Position numbers and translations under genes: made by a program
Part shown: positions 49,524 to 59,334 of the stretch, in pieces
Position numbering within the stretch: the first letter of the stretch is position 1
Layout: every line of letters begins with the position of its first letter
Source: an uncultured Alphaproteobacteria bacterium
GTDB taxonomy: Bacteria; Pseudomonadota; Alphaproteobacteria; Rs-D84
Direction of reading: 5' to 3'
DNA: 64,000 bases
Assembly: GCA_944389555.1 (NCBI GenBank)
Contig: CALXMU010000001.1
Location: 2,406-66,405 of the forward strand
Notes under the pieces: generated by a model
The model's input: only the letters and a program-made list of their open reading frames with translations
The model's database searches: none
Told to the model about the DNA's origin: nothing

Positions 49524-52076
49524 TCATCCGAATAAATTCAATTGTGTCTTCCCAGCGTTTGGTTCAGACACTTTTGCTTCTTTTCTCTCCCCTTTTTTAT
49601 TTTCTGCTTTTTTCTCTACCGGTGCAATATCCGCGCATAACGTTTCATTATGAGACTCTAAACCAGACAAGACCTCTTCGGCACGTTCTACGACCGATTT
49701 CGGCATACCCGCCATCTTAGCAACTTGTATTCCATATGAACGATTGGCTACACCCGCAACTATCTTATGCATAAAGATTATTTCGTTGTTATGTTCGCGA
49801 ACATCTATTGTTAAACACGATACATTTTGCAACTGCCCCTGATTGCAACCTACCAGTGCTGTCAATTCATGGTAATGCGTTGCGAAAAGAGTTCTTGGTT
49901 GTAACTTGTTCAAATATTCCAATACGGCCTGCGCAATGGCCATGCCATCGTATGTGGAAGTTCCGCGCCCTATTTCATCAAAAATTATAAAAGAGGCCTT
50001 CGTCGCCCGACTTAAAATATTTGCTGTTTCACTCATTTCCACCATAAATGTAGATTGACCTGCGGCAAGGTTATCCGACGCACCAACGCGACTAAATAGT
50101 TGATCACAAACGCCGATTGTTGCACGCACCGCAGGAACGAAAGAACCTAAATGAGCCAACACAACCAATAGTGCATTTTGCCGTAAATATGTAGATTTAC
50201 CGGCCATATTCGGCCCCGTCAATAACGCAATAGATTTTACATTTAAGTTGCAATCGTTCTTAACAAAGTTATCGCCACGACTTCTTAACACAAAGTCAAT
50301 AACAGGATGTCGACCGCCGACCACATCAAACGCGACATCATTTGTTATTTCGGGTCTTACCCAAGAATATTTATCAGCGACAACAGCCAATGAATACCAT
50401 ACATCTAGGTCTGCTAATAATTCTGCCGTTGCTAATAAATCATCAGAAACGTTGCGTATTTTTTCAATCAATCTAGATATTATTTCGGTTTCTATCGCGG
50501 CAGATTTCTCAGCCGCGCTTCGAACATCGTTATCTAAATCAATCAATCGTGCAGTGGTAAAGCGCATATTACCAGCCATGGTTTGTCGATGGATAAAACC
50601 AGATTCTGGTTTCATCAAAGATTCTGCTCTAGTACTTGGAACTTCTATAAAATACCCCAAAATATTATTATATTTTATTTTAAGATTATGTACGCCAGTT
50701 GCTGCGGCATACTCTGCCTGCATTCCAGCAATTGTTTCTTTTGCACCATGCGCCAAACCACGCATATTATCCAAAGTTACGTCAAACCCCATACGAATTA
50801 CATCACCATCACGAAAGAACGTAGGTAATTCATCGCTTAAAGCAGAATTTAACTCTAACGCTAATTCGTCGTGAGTATTTATATTTGCAAACCGTACAGC
50901 CAAATCTGAGTCTAATCTAGTACCTAAAATTTTTGCATTTGGTAATTCAATTAAAAAATCTGCGATATGACGCATGTCTCTTGGAGTCCCGCGCCCAGAC
51001 AACAATCTTGACAAACTACGCCCTACGTCTGGAACAGAAGATAACGTTGATGAAACAGTTCCCATAACATCAGTATTTATCATAAGATGCCCAATATGTC
51101 CCTGCCGACGCTTTATTTCGTCCACATCACCAGATAACGTACGTAAATACGCCCGTAATTTACGCGCGCCAGCCGCCGTTTTTGTATTGTCCAAAACATC
51201 TGTTAAGCATACCCCACCGTCATTTATAGGGGCGTCTATTTCTAAGCTTTTCCACGTTGCAGAATCTATCAACAATTGCCGACCGGATTTATATACATAA
51301 GGCGCACGAAAAGTAATTGATGCACCGCGTTGAGTATTAAATAAATATCCGGCCAATAATCTAATTGCACTATCAGAATCAGACGCAACTGCATCATCTG
51401 GTTTCACAGCAGCACCAAAAACGCTAGAAACAATTTTATCTATATCTGTACGATGATATAATTTTTCATATACCGGTGTGGTTTTAAAAACGTCACGTAA
51501 ATGCATAATCGTTTCGTTTTCTGCCAATCCTTCCGGATATATTACTTCCGCAGGGTTTATGCGAACCAAATCATCCAGAACATCTGCAGTTTTCCCTATA
51601 AAAAACTCACCCGTAGAAATATCACAACCTGCAATATCAAATTGCCCGTCACTTGTTAAAACTACCGCAATCAAAAAATTAGAGTTCTTAGGCGTCAGTA
51701 AATTTTCATCTGTCAAAGTACCTGGAGTTAAAACACGAATTATTTTTCTATCTATAAATTTATGACCGCGAGCCTTTGCTTCCGCCGGTGTTTCCATCTG
51801 TTCTACTAATGCGACCCTAAAACCCGCACGAACAAGTCTGCCGAAATAATTATCCGCAGCATGCCACGGGATCCCACACATAGGGATATTTTCGCCGTCC
51901 GCGTCAGTTCCACGTTGCGTTAATACCAAACCTAAATTCTGACTTATTGTCTTTGCGTCTTCAAAAAAAGCCTCATAAAAATCCCCCAAACGAAACATCA
52001 ACAACGCGTCAGGATTTTCTTCCTTCATATCAACGTATTGTTGCATAACTGGGGTCAACTTACTTTTATCTGCCAC
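49524..52076 (-). CDS. mutS: DNA mismatch repair protein MutS
   Basis: TPVMQQY, FRLGDFYE, TGPNMAGKST, QSTFMVEM, DEIGRGTST, SYGIQVA. Confidence 0.98.
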   Translation of the reverse strand: MADKSKLTPVMQQYVDMKEENPDALLMFRLGDFYEAFFEDAKTISQNLGLVLTQRGTDADGENIPMCGIPWHAADNYFGRLVRAGFRVALVEQMETPAEAKARGHKFIDRKIIRVLTPGTLTDENLLTPKNSNFLIAVVLTSDGQFDIAGCDISTGEFFIGKTADVLDDLVRINPAEVIYPEGLAENETIMHLRDVFKTTPVYEKLYHRTDIDKIVSSVFGAAVKPDDAVASDSDSAIRLLAGYLFNTQRGASITFRAPYVYKSGRQLLIDSATWKSLEIDAPINDGGVCLTDVLDNTKTAAGARKLRAYLRTLSGDVDEIKRRQGHIGHLMINTDVMGTVSSTLSSVPDVGRSLSRLLSGRGTPRDMRHIADFLIELPNAKILGTRLDSDLAVRFANINTHDELALELNSALSDELPTFFRDGDVIRMGFDVTLDNMRGLAHGAKETIAGMQAEYAAATGVHNLKIKYNNILGYFIEVPSTRAESLMKPESGFIHRQTMAGNMRFTTARLIDLDNDVRSAAEKSAAIETEIISRLIEKIRNVSDDLLATAELLADLDVWYSLAVVADKYSWVRPEITNDVAFDVVGGRHPVIDFVLRSRGDNFVKNDCNLNVKSIALLTGPNMAGKSTYLRQNALLVVLAHLGSFVPAVRATIGVCDQLFSRVGASDNLAAGQSTFMVEMSETANILSRATKASFIIFDEIGRGTSTYDGMAIAQAVLEYLNKLQPRTLFATHYHELTALVGCNQGQLQNVSCLTIDVREHNNEIIFMHKIVAGVANRSYGIQVAKMAGMPKSVVERAEEVLSGLESHNETLCADIAPVEKKAENKKGERKEAKVSEPNAGKTQLNLFG

Positions 52077-52086
52077 GGTAAATCCA

Positions 52087-52290
52087 TTATGCTTGTGCAG
52101 GGGTAACTTTTAATGTTTCAATTTTCAATTCTGCTTCTTTTAACAATTGTTCGCAATAAGCCTTTAATTTTATTCCCTGCTCATACGCAGCAACAGAATC
52201 AGCCAACGGCAATTCACCGGATTCCATTTTTTTTACTAATTCCGTTAATTGTTTATAAGCTTCTTCAAAAGATAATTTTTTATCGTCCAT
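52087..52290 (-). CDS. xseB: Exodeoxyribonuclease VII small subunit
   Basis: SFEEAY.QL..LV.KMESGELPLADS..AYEQG..L...C...L..AE. Confidence 0.93.
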   Translation of the reverse strand: MDDKKLSFEEAYKQLTELVKKMESGELPLADSVAAYEQGIKLKAYCEQLLKEAELKIETLKVTPAQA

Positions 52291-52388
52291 AAATAAACCT
52301 TTTATTACAAACCAACCATACAAAAACAAACACAAAAAGGCAAAGATTTTTTGAACCAGACCGATAAAAAACCGCCAAACGGCGGTTT

Positions 52389-52937
52389 TTATTTTGCTGG
52401 CGCAATTATTATGGATTTCGTTCTTTCGTCTGGTTTTGACTTAGATTCCAACGTACCTTTATCGCCGACAATTTCCATTATTTTGGCAAATAATTCTGGT
52501 ACAGCGTCTTTACCGCGTGCAAGAACCTTTTTAGAACCACGGGTCATGACGGCGATTTTTACTTTGTTGCCCTCACCCAAGAATTCAAAAACTTTTTTCA
52601 TTTTAATGTTTAGGTCGTTTTCTTCAATAAACGGTTTAACCCAAACTTCTTTCATTTCAACGGTTTTCTGATTTTTACGAGCCTCCGAAGCGCGTTTCTT
52701 TTGCTCGTATTTGAACTTACCAAAATCCATTATTTTGGTTATTGTGATATCACCGTTAGTACTAATTTCAACCAAATCTAACCCTTCATCTGCGGCCATT
52801 TGCAAAGCCTGAGATGTCGGCATCATTCCCAGATTCTGTCCGGTTGAACTGATTACCTGAACGGATTTAGCAAAAATCCGATTATTTATGCGCGGGCCCG
52901 TATCCCGGCGATTATCTCGGTTAAATGACGTTTTAAT
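52389..52937 (-). CDS. infC: Translation initiation factor IF-3 (ATT start)
   Basis: AAGGAG-6 nt-ATT at 52937, in frame with PRINNRI, GLDLVEIS, KIMDFGKFKYE and GNKVKI. Confidence 0.95.
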   Translation of the reverse strand: MKTSFNRDNRRDTGPRINNRIFAKSVQVISSTGQNLGMMPTSQALQMAADEGLDLVEISTNGDITITKIMDFGKFKYEQKKRASEARKNQKTVEMKEVWVKPFIEENDLNIKMKKVFEFLGEGNKVKIAVMTRGSKKVLARGKDAVPELFAKIMEIVGDKGTLESKSKPDERTKSIIIAPAK

Positions 52938-52974
52938 TTTACGCTCCTTTTAAAGGTTATGACGCAATTATGAT

Positions 52975-53772
52975 CTATTTATTAGTGCTTTTCAACAAAT
53001 TTTGAACTTCCTGCAACGCGTTCCATGCGTCTCGTTTAGCTGCTGGTTTCAATATCAAATAATTAGGATGATAAATTGGCATAACAGTTACCCCAGACAC
53101 CAAAGTTACCGCCATACCGTGACCACGAGGCAAAGAAACTTCCGCAATTTCTGCGGCGGATAAAGTTCCCAACGTTAAAATTAAATCTGGTTTTAACAAT
53201 TCTAAAACGCGGTTTACGAACGGACGCGCCAAATCTAATTCATCGCGCGTCGGAGTACGACCACCAGGTGTACGCCAAAAAACCAACGGAACAATAGATA
53301 CTACTTCCCTTCCCATACCGATTGCAGATAACATTTTGTCTAACAACTCTCCTGCGGCCCCTGATAAAATATGTCCGGTTGCGTCGTCTTCACCACCTGG
53401 CACATCAGTAACTATTACTAAACCATTAGGTTTCTGTGCGACATGCGGTAAAACCACGCGCGTCACTCCGGCACGCAAAGGATGATTAAACTCTGAAATC
53501 ATACGACATAAAGCCCCCATATCCGCAGGTCGCGCAGCCATTGCGGCCGCCGTATCAATTGTTATTGCTTGCTGTGGCGCTATTGGTGGAACTATAGAAG
53601 TCTGAGTACGTCCCACATTATTGGTCGCATCTTGCGTAACTATTTTAGGATTTCTTTCTGAATCAGAAGAAACAAACGCGGCTTTCGCCACAGGTGCCAA
53701 CGCCATTGGTATGTCTGTCAATTCCCATTTGACGCCAGACAAAACTAAATCCCTTAAATCATACTCGTTCAT
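52975..53772 (-). CDS. Uracil-DNA glycosylase family 4-like protein (degenerate motifs)
   Basis: PGGEDD..G..LSGAAGELLDKML.AIG, FWRTPGGRTP, LILTLG, IYHPNYL. Confidence 0.85.
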   Translation of the reverse strand: MNEYDLRDLVLSGVKWELTDIPMALAPVAKAAFVSSDSERNPKIVTQDATNNVGRTQTSIVPPIAPQQAITIDTAAAMAARPADMGALCRMISEFNHPLRAGVTRVVLPHVAQKPNGLVIVTDVPGGEDDATGHILSGAAGELLDKMLSAIGMGREVVSIVPLVFWRTPGGRTPTRDELDLARPFVNRVLELLKPDLILTLGTLSAAEIAEVSLPRGHGMAVTLVSGVTVMPIYHPNYLILKPAAKRDAWNALQEVQNLLKSTNK

Positions 53773-53850
53773 AACGCGTTTTTCCTTGCTTTTACAAACC
53801 TTTTATTCTAAAATAGAACACGAGCAACAGAAACTCAAGGGAGTATTTTC

Positions 53851-54267
53851 ATGAAAATCAAAAACTTTGCTATGTTGGCTGGTGTTGCAGGTTTGTTGGC
53901 CGCTTGTGGTGGCTCTTCAATCGTAGAACCAGCTGATTTGAACGATCAACGTGTATTCTTCGCGTTCAATTCATCTGAAATTTCTGATGAAGCGCGTGAT
54001 AACCTGTTGGGTCAATCTTTGTACATGAAGAATCATGGTGATGTAAAAATCCAAATTGCTGGTAACTGCGACGAACGCGGTTCCACAGAATACAACTTGG
54101 CATTGGGCGCACGTCGTGCAAACGCAGCCAAAGAAGTATTGGTAAAAGACGGTATTGATTCATCACGTATTTCCACAATTTCTTATGGTAAAGAACGTCC
54201 ATTGGTCCAGGGTACTGGCGAAGAAGTTTGGAAATGGAATCGTAACGCCACAACAACAGTTAAATAA
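53851..54267 (+). CDS. pal: Peptidoglycan-associated lipoprotein Pal
   Basis: LAAC lipobox, VFFAFNSS, GNCDERGSTEYNLALGARRA, ISYGKERP. Confidence 0.95.
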   Translation: MKIKNFAMLAGVAGLLAACGGSSIVEPADLNDQRVFFAFNSSEISDEARDNLLGQSLYMKNHGDVKIQIAGNCDERGSTEYNLALGARRANAAKEVLVKDGIDSSRISTISYGKERPLVQGTGEEVWKWNRNATTTVK

Positions 54268-54368
54268 TTATAATTTAATTGTAAAAAAACACCGGCAAAT
54301 GTCGGTGTTTTTTATTCGTATTCTTTGATAATAAAATTAGTAAAAAATACCGGCGAAAGCCGGTTTAT

Positions 54369-55244
54369 TTATTTTGTTAATTTATCAATTAGTTCTTGCA
54401 TTTGAACGCGCGTTGCAAAAGATAATATTATCTGCCCTGCCCCGCCACGTCTTTCCTGCAGTTTTACTTTTACCCCCAATGCATCCGATATTTTAAATTC
54501 AATATCCCGAACGACTTTCGGATCCATAGTTTTAGCAACGTATGCGCGACTTGTCGTCTTACGCGCGGCGCCCTTTACTAATTTTTCTGCTTCAACCACA
54601 GACATCTTATTATTAACTATCTGTTTCGCTAATTCCGTTGGTTTTTCAGCTACAACCAGTAAACGAGCCTGTGACGCTGACAAATTCCCCTTCTCTACCA
54701 TACTTTTGACATCTGCCGGTAAGGTATCTAAACGCATTGTATTTTTTATATAACTTTCCGACTTACCTATTAAACGTGCAACATCAGATAACTCATAACC
54801 ACACTTATCCATAATGTTTTTATATGCGTTGCTTTCTTCTATAGGATTCAAATTCTCGCGTTGAACATTTTCAATCAACGCTATTTCCATCGCGCTTTCT
54901 GGTGTAATTTGTTTTACTAACGCAGGGATTTCTGTTAATCCAGCCAATTTGCTGGCACGAAAACGACGTTCACCAGCAACAATTTCATACATATAAGGCT
55001 TTCCAGAAACGGCGCGTAATAAAATAGGTTGCAAAACCCCCTTCTCTTTTATAGACGCGGCCAAATCTGCTAATTCATCTTCTGTAAATGTTTTACGCGG
55101 CTGGTCTGGATTAGCCCCAATCTGAGTTAACGGAATTTGCTTTACAACAACGCGCTCTGTTCCAGTTAAAATGGATATATCAGGTATAGCCCCCATTTCT
55201 TTATTCAAATCGGCCAAACCACGCCCTAGACCAAATTTAGACAT
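54369..55244 (-). CDS. parB: Chromosome partition protein ParB
   Basis: GLGRGL, NPDQPRK, YEIVAGERRFRA, LIENVQRENL, HTH. Confidence 0.96.
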   Translation of the reverse strand: MSKFGLGRGLADLNKEMGAIPDISILTGTERVVVKQIPLTQIGANPDQPRKTFTEDELADLAASIKEKGVLQPILLRAVSGKPYMYEIVAGERRFRASKLAGLTEIPALVKQITPESAMEIALIENVQRENLNPIEESNAYKNIMDKCGYELSDVARLIGKSESYIKNTMRLDTLPADVKSMVEKGNLSASQARLLVVAEKPTELAKQIVNNKMSVVEAEKLVKGAARKTTSRAYVAKTMDPKVVRDIEFKISDALGVKVKLQERRGGAGQIILSFATRVQMQELIDKLTK

Positions 55245-55247
55245 AAA

Positions 55248-56018
55248 TTATTCCCCCTGTAATTTCTGAACAACCTCTGTTGCGACACGCAAATAAGCCT
55301 GAGCCCCACTAGAATTAAAATCATAAAACAGTGCCGGTTTCCCATGACTTGGTGCCTCTGACACCCGTATATTGCGCGGTATCACAGTCTTAAAAACAGC
55401 ATCACCAAACGTCTTTCTAACATCATCTTCGACTATACGCGTAATGCCGTAACGTTTATCGTACATTGTTAACAAAACCCCAAGTATCTCTAATTCAGGA
55501 TTCCATTTGTTTTTTATTTCACCGATAGAACGCACCAAATGACTTATTCCTTCCAACGCATAAAATTCACATTGCAGCGGAATTATAACATTATTCGCTG
55601 TCGTTAAAGCGTTCAAAGTTAAAAAACCCATTGCCGGCGGACAATCTAACAAAATATAATCGTAATATTCATATAGCGGCATCAAAGCATCGCGCAAACG
55701 ATACTCACGATTTTCCATATCTAACAAATCAACCTCTGCCCCGGACAACGCCATTGAAGAAGGCATAATATGCAACCCCGGTACAGCAGTAGACAAAACA
55801 TTGTCGGCCGCGCTGGCGGTTCCCATTAAAACACCATAAACACTTTGTGGATGCGCAGCACGAACAAAACCCAACCCTGTACCGGCATTTCCCTGCGGAT
55901 CTAAATCAACCAGTAAAACTTGTTTTTTTATTGTTGCCAACGACGCCGCAATGTTTATCGCCGTAGTAGTCTTGCCAACGCCGCCCTTTTGATTAGCAAA
56001 TGCAATTATTTGTACCAT
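55248..56018 (-). CDS. parA: Chromosome partition ATPase ParA/Soj
   Basis: NQKGGVGKTTT, DLDPQGNA, DCPP, QCEFYALEG, EAPSHG. Confidence 0.97.
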   Translation of the reverse strand: MVQIIAFANQKGGVGKTTTAINIAASLATIKKQVLLVDLDPQGNAGTGLGFVRAAHPQSVYGVLMGTASAADNVLSTAVPGLHIMPSSMALSGAEVDLLDMENREYRLRDALMPLYEYYDYILLDCPPAMGFLTLNALTTANNVIIPLQCEFYALEGISHLVRSIGEIKNKWNPELEILGVLLTMYDKRYGITRIVEDDVRKTFGDAVFKTVIPRNIRVSEAPSHGKPALFYDFNSSGAQAYLRVATEVVQKLQGE

Positions 56019-56135
56019 ATTATTATATCCTACATAAAATTATTCTTGGTTAAAGAATAGAATAAACCAAACGATTCGGTCAAGATAATAATATTTACAA
56101 AAATAAAAACGCACTAAAAACAATATATTATTGTT

Positions 56136-56151
56136 TGTTTCACATGAAACA
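56136..56151. other. parS site 1
   Basis: TGTTTCACATGAAACA; one mismatch to the consensus TGTTTCACGTGAAACA; upstream of parA. Confidence 0.9.
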
Positions 56152-56230
56152 AAAAGCAAAAAATTTATCGTCAAAAAGTCTTTTCGACTTTTAACACTAT
56201 AAAATACACTATTTTCAATATGTTATTTTT

Positions 56231-56246
56231 TATTTCACATGAAACT
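56231..56246. other. parS site 2
   Basis: TATTTCACATGAAACT, overlapping the rsmG stop codon. Confidence 0.75.
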
Positions 56247-56802
56247 ACCGGCAATTTTTTATTATTATGATAGACCCGTCGCCGGTCTTTGACGGGTGTA
56301 ATTCATAATCAAATTTATACTTATGTTGTGCTTCTTCTATTTCTGCCGGTATTTCCCGGCCTTTTAATAAATACATTGACCGATTGGTTTTGGCCACGTA
56401 ATCCATAATTTTTATTAGCGGAGCAAATGCGCGTGCCGTAAAAACAATTTTCTGATTACGGGGTAGGGTGGATACATAATTTTCTACTCGCCCATGATAA
56501 ATAGTCAGATTATCAAGTCCAAGTTCTTTCTTTACCGCTGTTAAAAAAGCAACTTTTTTACCAATCGATTCAACACAAACCACATTCCAGCCAAGAATAG
56601 CCAAAACAACACCTGGGAACCCTGCGCCGCTTCCTAGGTCAACTACATTTGCATCTTGTGGTAAATATTCGGCCAATTGAGCACTATCAGCAAAATGCCT
56701 TTGCTCTATATCGTTCAACGTACTTGGCGCAACTAAATTCATGCGTTTTGACCAATCGCGCAACAGTTCCGCGTATTTATTAAATTTTGCTTTATTATTC
56801 AT
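56245..56802 (-). CDS. rsmG: 16S rRNA m7G527 methyltransferase
   Basis: NLVA, RHFADS, DLGSGAGFPG, TARAFAPL. Confidence 0.95.
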   Translation of the reverse strand: MNNKAKFNKYAELLRDWSKRMNLVAPSTLNDIEQRHFADSAQLAEYLPQDANVVDLGSGAGFPGVVLAILGWNVVCVESIGKKVAFLTAVKKELGLDNLTIYHGRVENYVSTLPRNQKIVFTARAFAPLIKIMDYVAKTNRSMYLLKGREIPAEIEEAQHKYKFDYELHPSKTGDGSIIIIKNCR

Positions 56803-56828
56803 AAAGATTATTGTAGCATAAATTCACT

Positions 56829-58445
56829 ATGAAAAAAGTAGAAACATTATTTATTGGTGGGGCGTTGGTTGCTGTTATAGCAATCGCGACTGGTGCTTTT
56901 TGGTATGAACATTACTCGGCAAACGCCGGTAAAAATCATACGTATCCAGAATCTAAATACGGCGCTTTTTTGGCTGCGCAGCATGCAATTTATGTAAATG
57001 ATTTTGAAAACGCGTCAAAATATTCTGCTAAATTGACGGATACAGACTATCCCATTGTTCAATCGACAAAGTTTTTATCCGACTTTTTAAGCGGTAAATT
57101 ACCTGATGAAGTAGTGGTTTTAGAAGAAGAAAAAACTGCTGCGTCACGTTTAATTTATGACGCATATCTTGTTCAAAAAGATGATTGGAATTCTTTATAT
57201 CAGCGGCACAAAAAAGATGATTCTGCACTTGCGGCGCCGTTACGAATTTGGGCTTCTGTTGCCAATGACAAAGAAAAAGATGCCTTAAAATTCGTGAAAG
57301 ATTTACCAACAAATGAATCATGGCAAAACTTTGTCACTGGACAAATATATGCCGAAAGCGGCGATATTACCAAGGCTGCAGAGGCATTTGCAAAAGTTCG
57401 CGTAGATTTTATGAATATAAATGACTATTTGTACCTTATGTCTTTTTATCATCATAATAATCTAATGGATGCGGCTCATAAATTACATGATGATTTCACT
57501 GCGCGCCCGGGTGGCATGTATATGTTAGATTATGAAAACATACCAGATTGGTCAATGTTTTCTGGGCTAAAAAATGAATTGGCATTCAGTCTTGTTCAGA
57601 CGGTATCGCACACTCAGATTATGATGTACTCTGATTTATCAATTTTGCTGCTTCGTTTTGCTCAGATAACCAGCCCCGATTTCGGTAAAAACAGTGATGC
57701 CATAAACTACTATTTAGGTCAGTTTTTCTATAACAATGTGGGCGATTACGAAAAATATTTTGGCAGCATATCAAAAGATAGCCCGTTTTATCTTTTCGCT
57801 GTACTACGTCAAGCCGAAAAAAGCGGTGATGTGAAAGTATTAGAAAATGCAATTAAAGAAAATCCTTTGTTTGTACCGGCCATCAATAAACTTATCGCAT
57901 ACAACGTTCAAAACGGTTCAAAACGCGCGGCTTTACGCGTTGTGAACATGACCCTAGAAGACGAGAATTTAACCGAATTAGGACGAGCGTTTTTCTTAAA
58001 GAGCAGGGCACACGTATATTATGTTTTTGACGAGTTGGATAAAGCGCAAGCAGACTTGCATGAAGCATCAAAAGATCTGCCATTAGACGGTGAAATTTTA
58101 GCGTTACAAGCAAAAATATGGGCAGCTCAGGGAAGAGAAATTGAAAATGCGTACGATTACGCGATGACTTTAGTAAAACAAGACCCTACAGATATTATTG
58201 CGTGGGATACATTGGCGCGCGTAATAACTGTACGAGAAGGAATAGAACCGGCTCTTGACGTACTTGTACGAGTCGGTGAAGTTTCTGCGTCTTGTTCTTC
58301 TTTATTTGAACAATTAGGTGACTTATACGTTGCCGCAGGGGACAAAAAATTAGCATATGATGCATATTTACGTGCTATTGAACTGTCTGATGACGGGTTG
58401 GTAGTTGTCCCAAAAATCCAAAAGAAATTAAGGGAAGTAAAATGA
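56829..58445 (+). CDS. Membrane-anchored/periplasmic TPR protein
   Basis: N-terminal TM, YGAFLAA..A....D, C-terminal TPRs (EQLGDLY..AG..A...Y.RA). Confidence 0.8.
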   Translation: MKKVETLFIGGALVAVIAIATGAFWYEHYSANAGKNHTYPESKYGAFLAAQHAIYVNDFENASKYSAKLTDTDYPIVQSTKFLSDFLSGKLPDEVVVLEEEKTAASRLIYDAYLVQKDDWNSLYQRHKKDDSALAAPLRIWASVANDKEKDALKFVKDLPTNESWQNFVTGQIYAESGDITKAAEAFAKVRVDFMNINDYLYLMSFYHHNNLMDAAHKLHDDFTARPGGMYMLDYENIPDWSMFSGLKNELAFSLVQTVSHTQIMMYSDLSILLLRFAQITSPDFGKNSDAINYYLGQFFYNNVGDYEKYFGSISKDSPFYLFAVLRQAEKSGDVKVLENAIKENPLFVPAINKLIAYNVQNGSKRAALRVVNMTLEDENLTELGRAFFLKSRAHVYYVFDELDKAQADLHEASKDLPLDGEILALQAKIWAAQGREIENAYDYAMTLVKQDPTDIIAWDTLARVITVREGIEPALDVLVRVGEVSASCSSLFEQLGDLYVAAGDKKLAYDAYLRAIELSDDGLVVVPKIQKKLREVK

Positions 58446-59308
58446 AAGTTGGTGTAATAGGAGCAGGGGCGTGGGGGACCGCGCTGGCTGTTATCTCCGC
58501 TCGCGGAGGCTCTGATGTTGTTTTATGGTCATATGATGGCAGTTTCAAAGAATTTGACGGCGTTGAAATGCCTGAAACAATTCAAATAACAAATGATATG
58601 AAGGAAATCGGGGAATGTGAAGCCTGGTTAATCGTAACACCAGCCGCGTATTTCCGTGAAACGTTACGTAAAGCGAAACTAGTATATAATGATCAGCCAA
58701 TAATTATATGTACGAAGGGTGCTGAAAGTTCAACCGGTGATTTTATGTCAGAAATTATGGCAAGTGAACTGCCTGATGCGAAAGACTTTGGCGTACTATC
58801 TGGTCCACAATTTGCGGCAGAGGTTGCACGTGGCGTCCCGACCGGCAGTACTTTGGCTGGTAACGAAAAAGCAATAGAAACGGGTAGGGCGATATTAAAT
58901 AAACTGCTTATCAACCCAAGCGATGACGTTATCGGGGCAGAGATTTGCGGAGTTGGTAAAAACGCTGTCGCGTTAATTTGCGGATATAACTCCATTGCTG
59001 CGGCCGGTGAAAATGAACGCGCCATGCTGTTTACACGCGCTTGGAATGAAGTTATGGGAATAGGGCTGAAAAGCGGCGCAAAAATGGCTACATTCTTAGA
59101 TTTATGCGGAATAGGGGACTTGTTTTTATCCGCAACATCTGCAACAAGCCGTAACTTTGCTGGCGGAATGGCAATTGCTCGCGGCGAAGAACCTGCTGGC
59201 ACAGTTGAGGGTATTTTCGCGCTGGCCGGTTTAATTCATCGCGCTAAAGAAACAAACGTTCCTACGCCCGTACTGATAGAAATGCAGAAAAAAATGAAAC
59301 TTATATAA
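58442..59308 (+). CDS. gpsA: NAD(P)H-dependent glycerol-3-phosphate dehydrogenase
   Basis: GAGAWGTALA, TKG, LSGP.FA.EV, KN, GIGDL...S..SRN. Confidence 0.93.
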   Translation: MKVGVIGAGAWGTALAVISARGGSDVVLWSYDGSFKEFDGVEMPETIQITNDMKEIGECEAWLIVTPAAYFRETLRKAKLVYNDQPIIICTKGAESSTGDFMSEIMASELPDAKDFGVLSGPQFAAEVARGVPTGSTLAGNEKAIETGRAILNKLLINPSDDVIGAEICGVGKNAVALICGYNSIAAAGENERAMLFTRAWNEVMGIGLKSGAKMATFLDLCGIGDLFLSATSATSRNFAGGMAIARGEEPAGTVEGIFALAGLIHRAKETNVPTPVLIEMQKKMKLI

Positions 59309-59334
59309 AAAATCCCGCAAAAGCGGGATTTTTT
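59306..59334. terminator. Bidirectional intrinsic terminator
   Basis: TAAAAAATCCCGC-AAAA-GCGGGATTTTTTA. Confidence 0.85.

Noticed and set aside
56019-56244. oriC
   Set aside because: The region is AT-rich, but no TTATCCACA-type DnaA boxes were seen; parS explains it.
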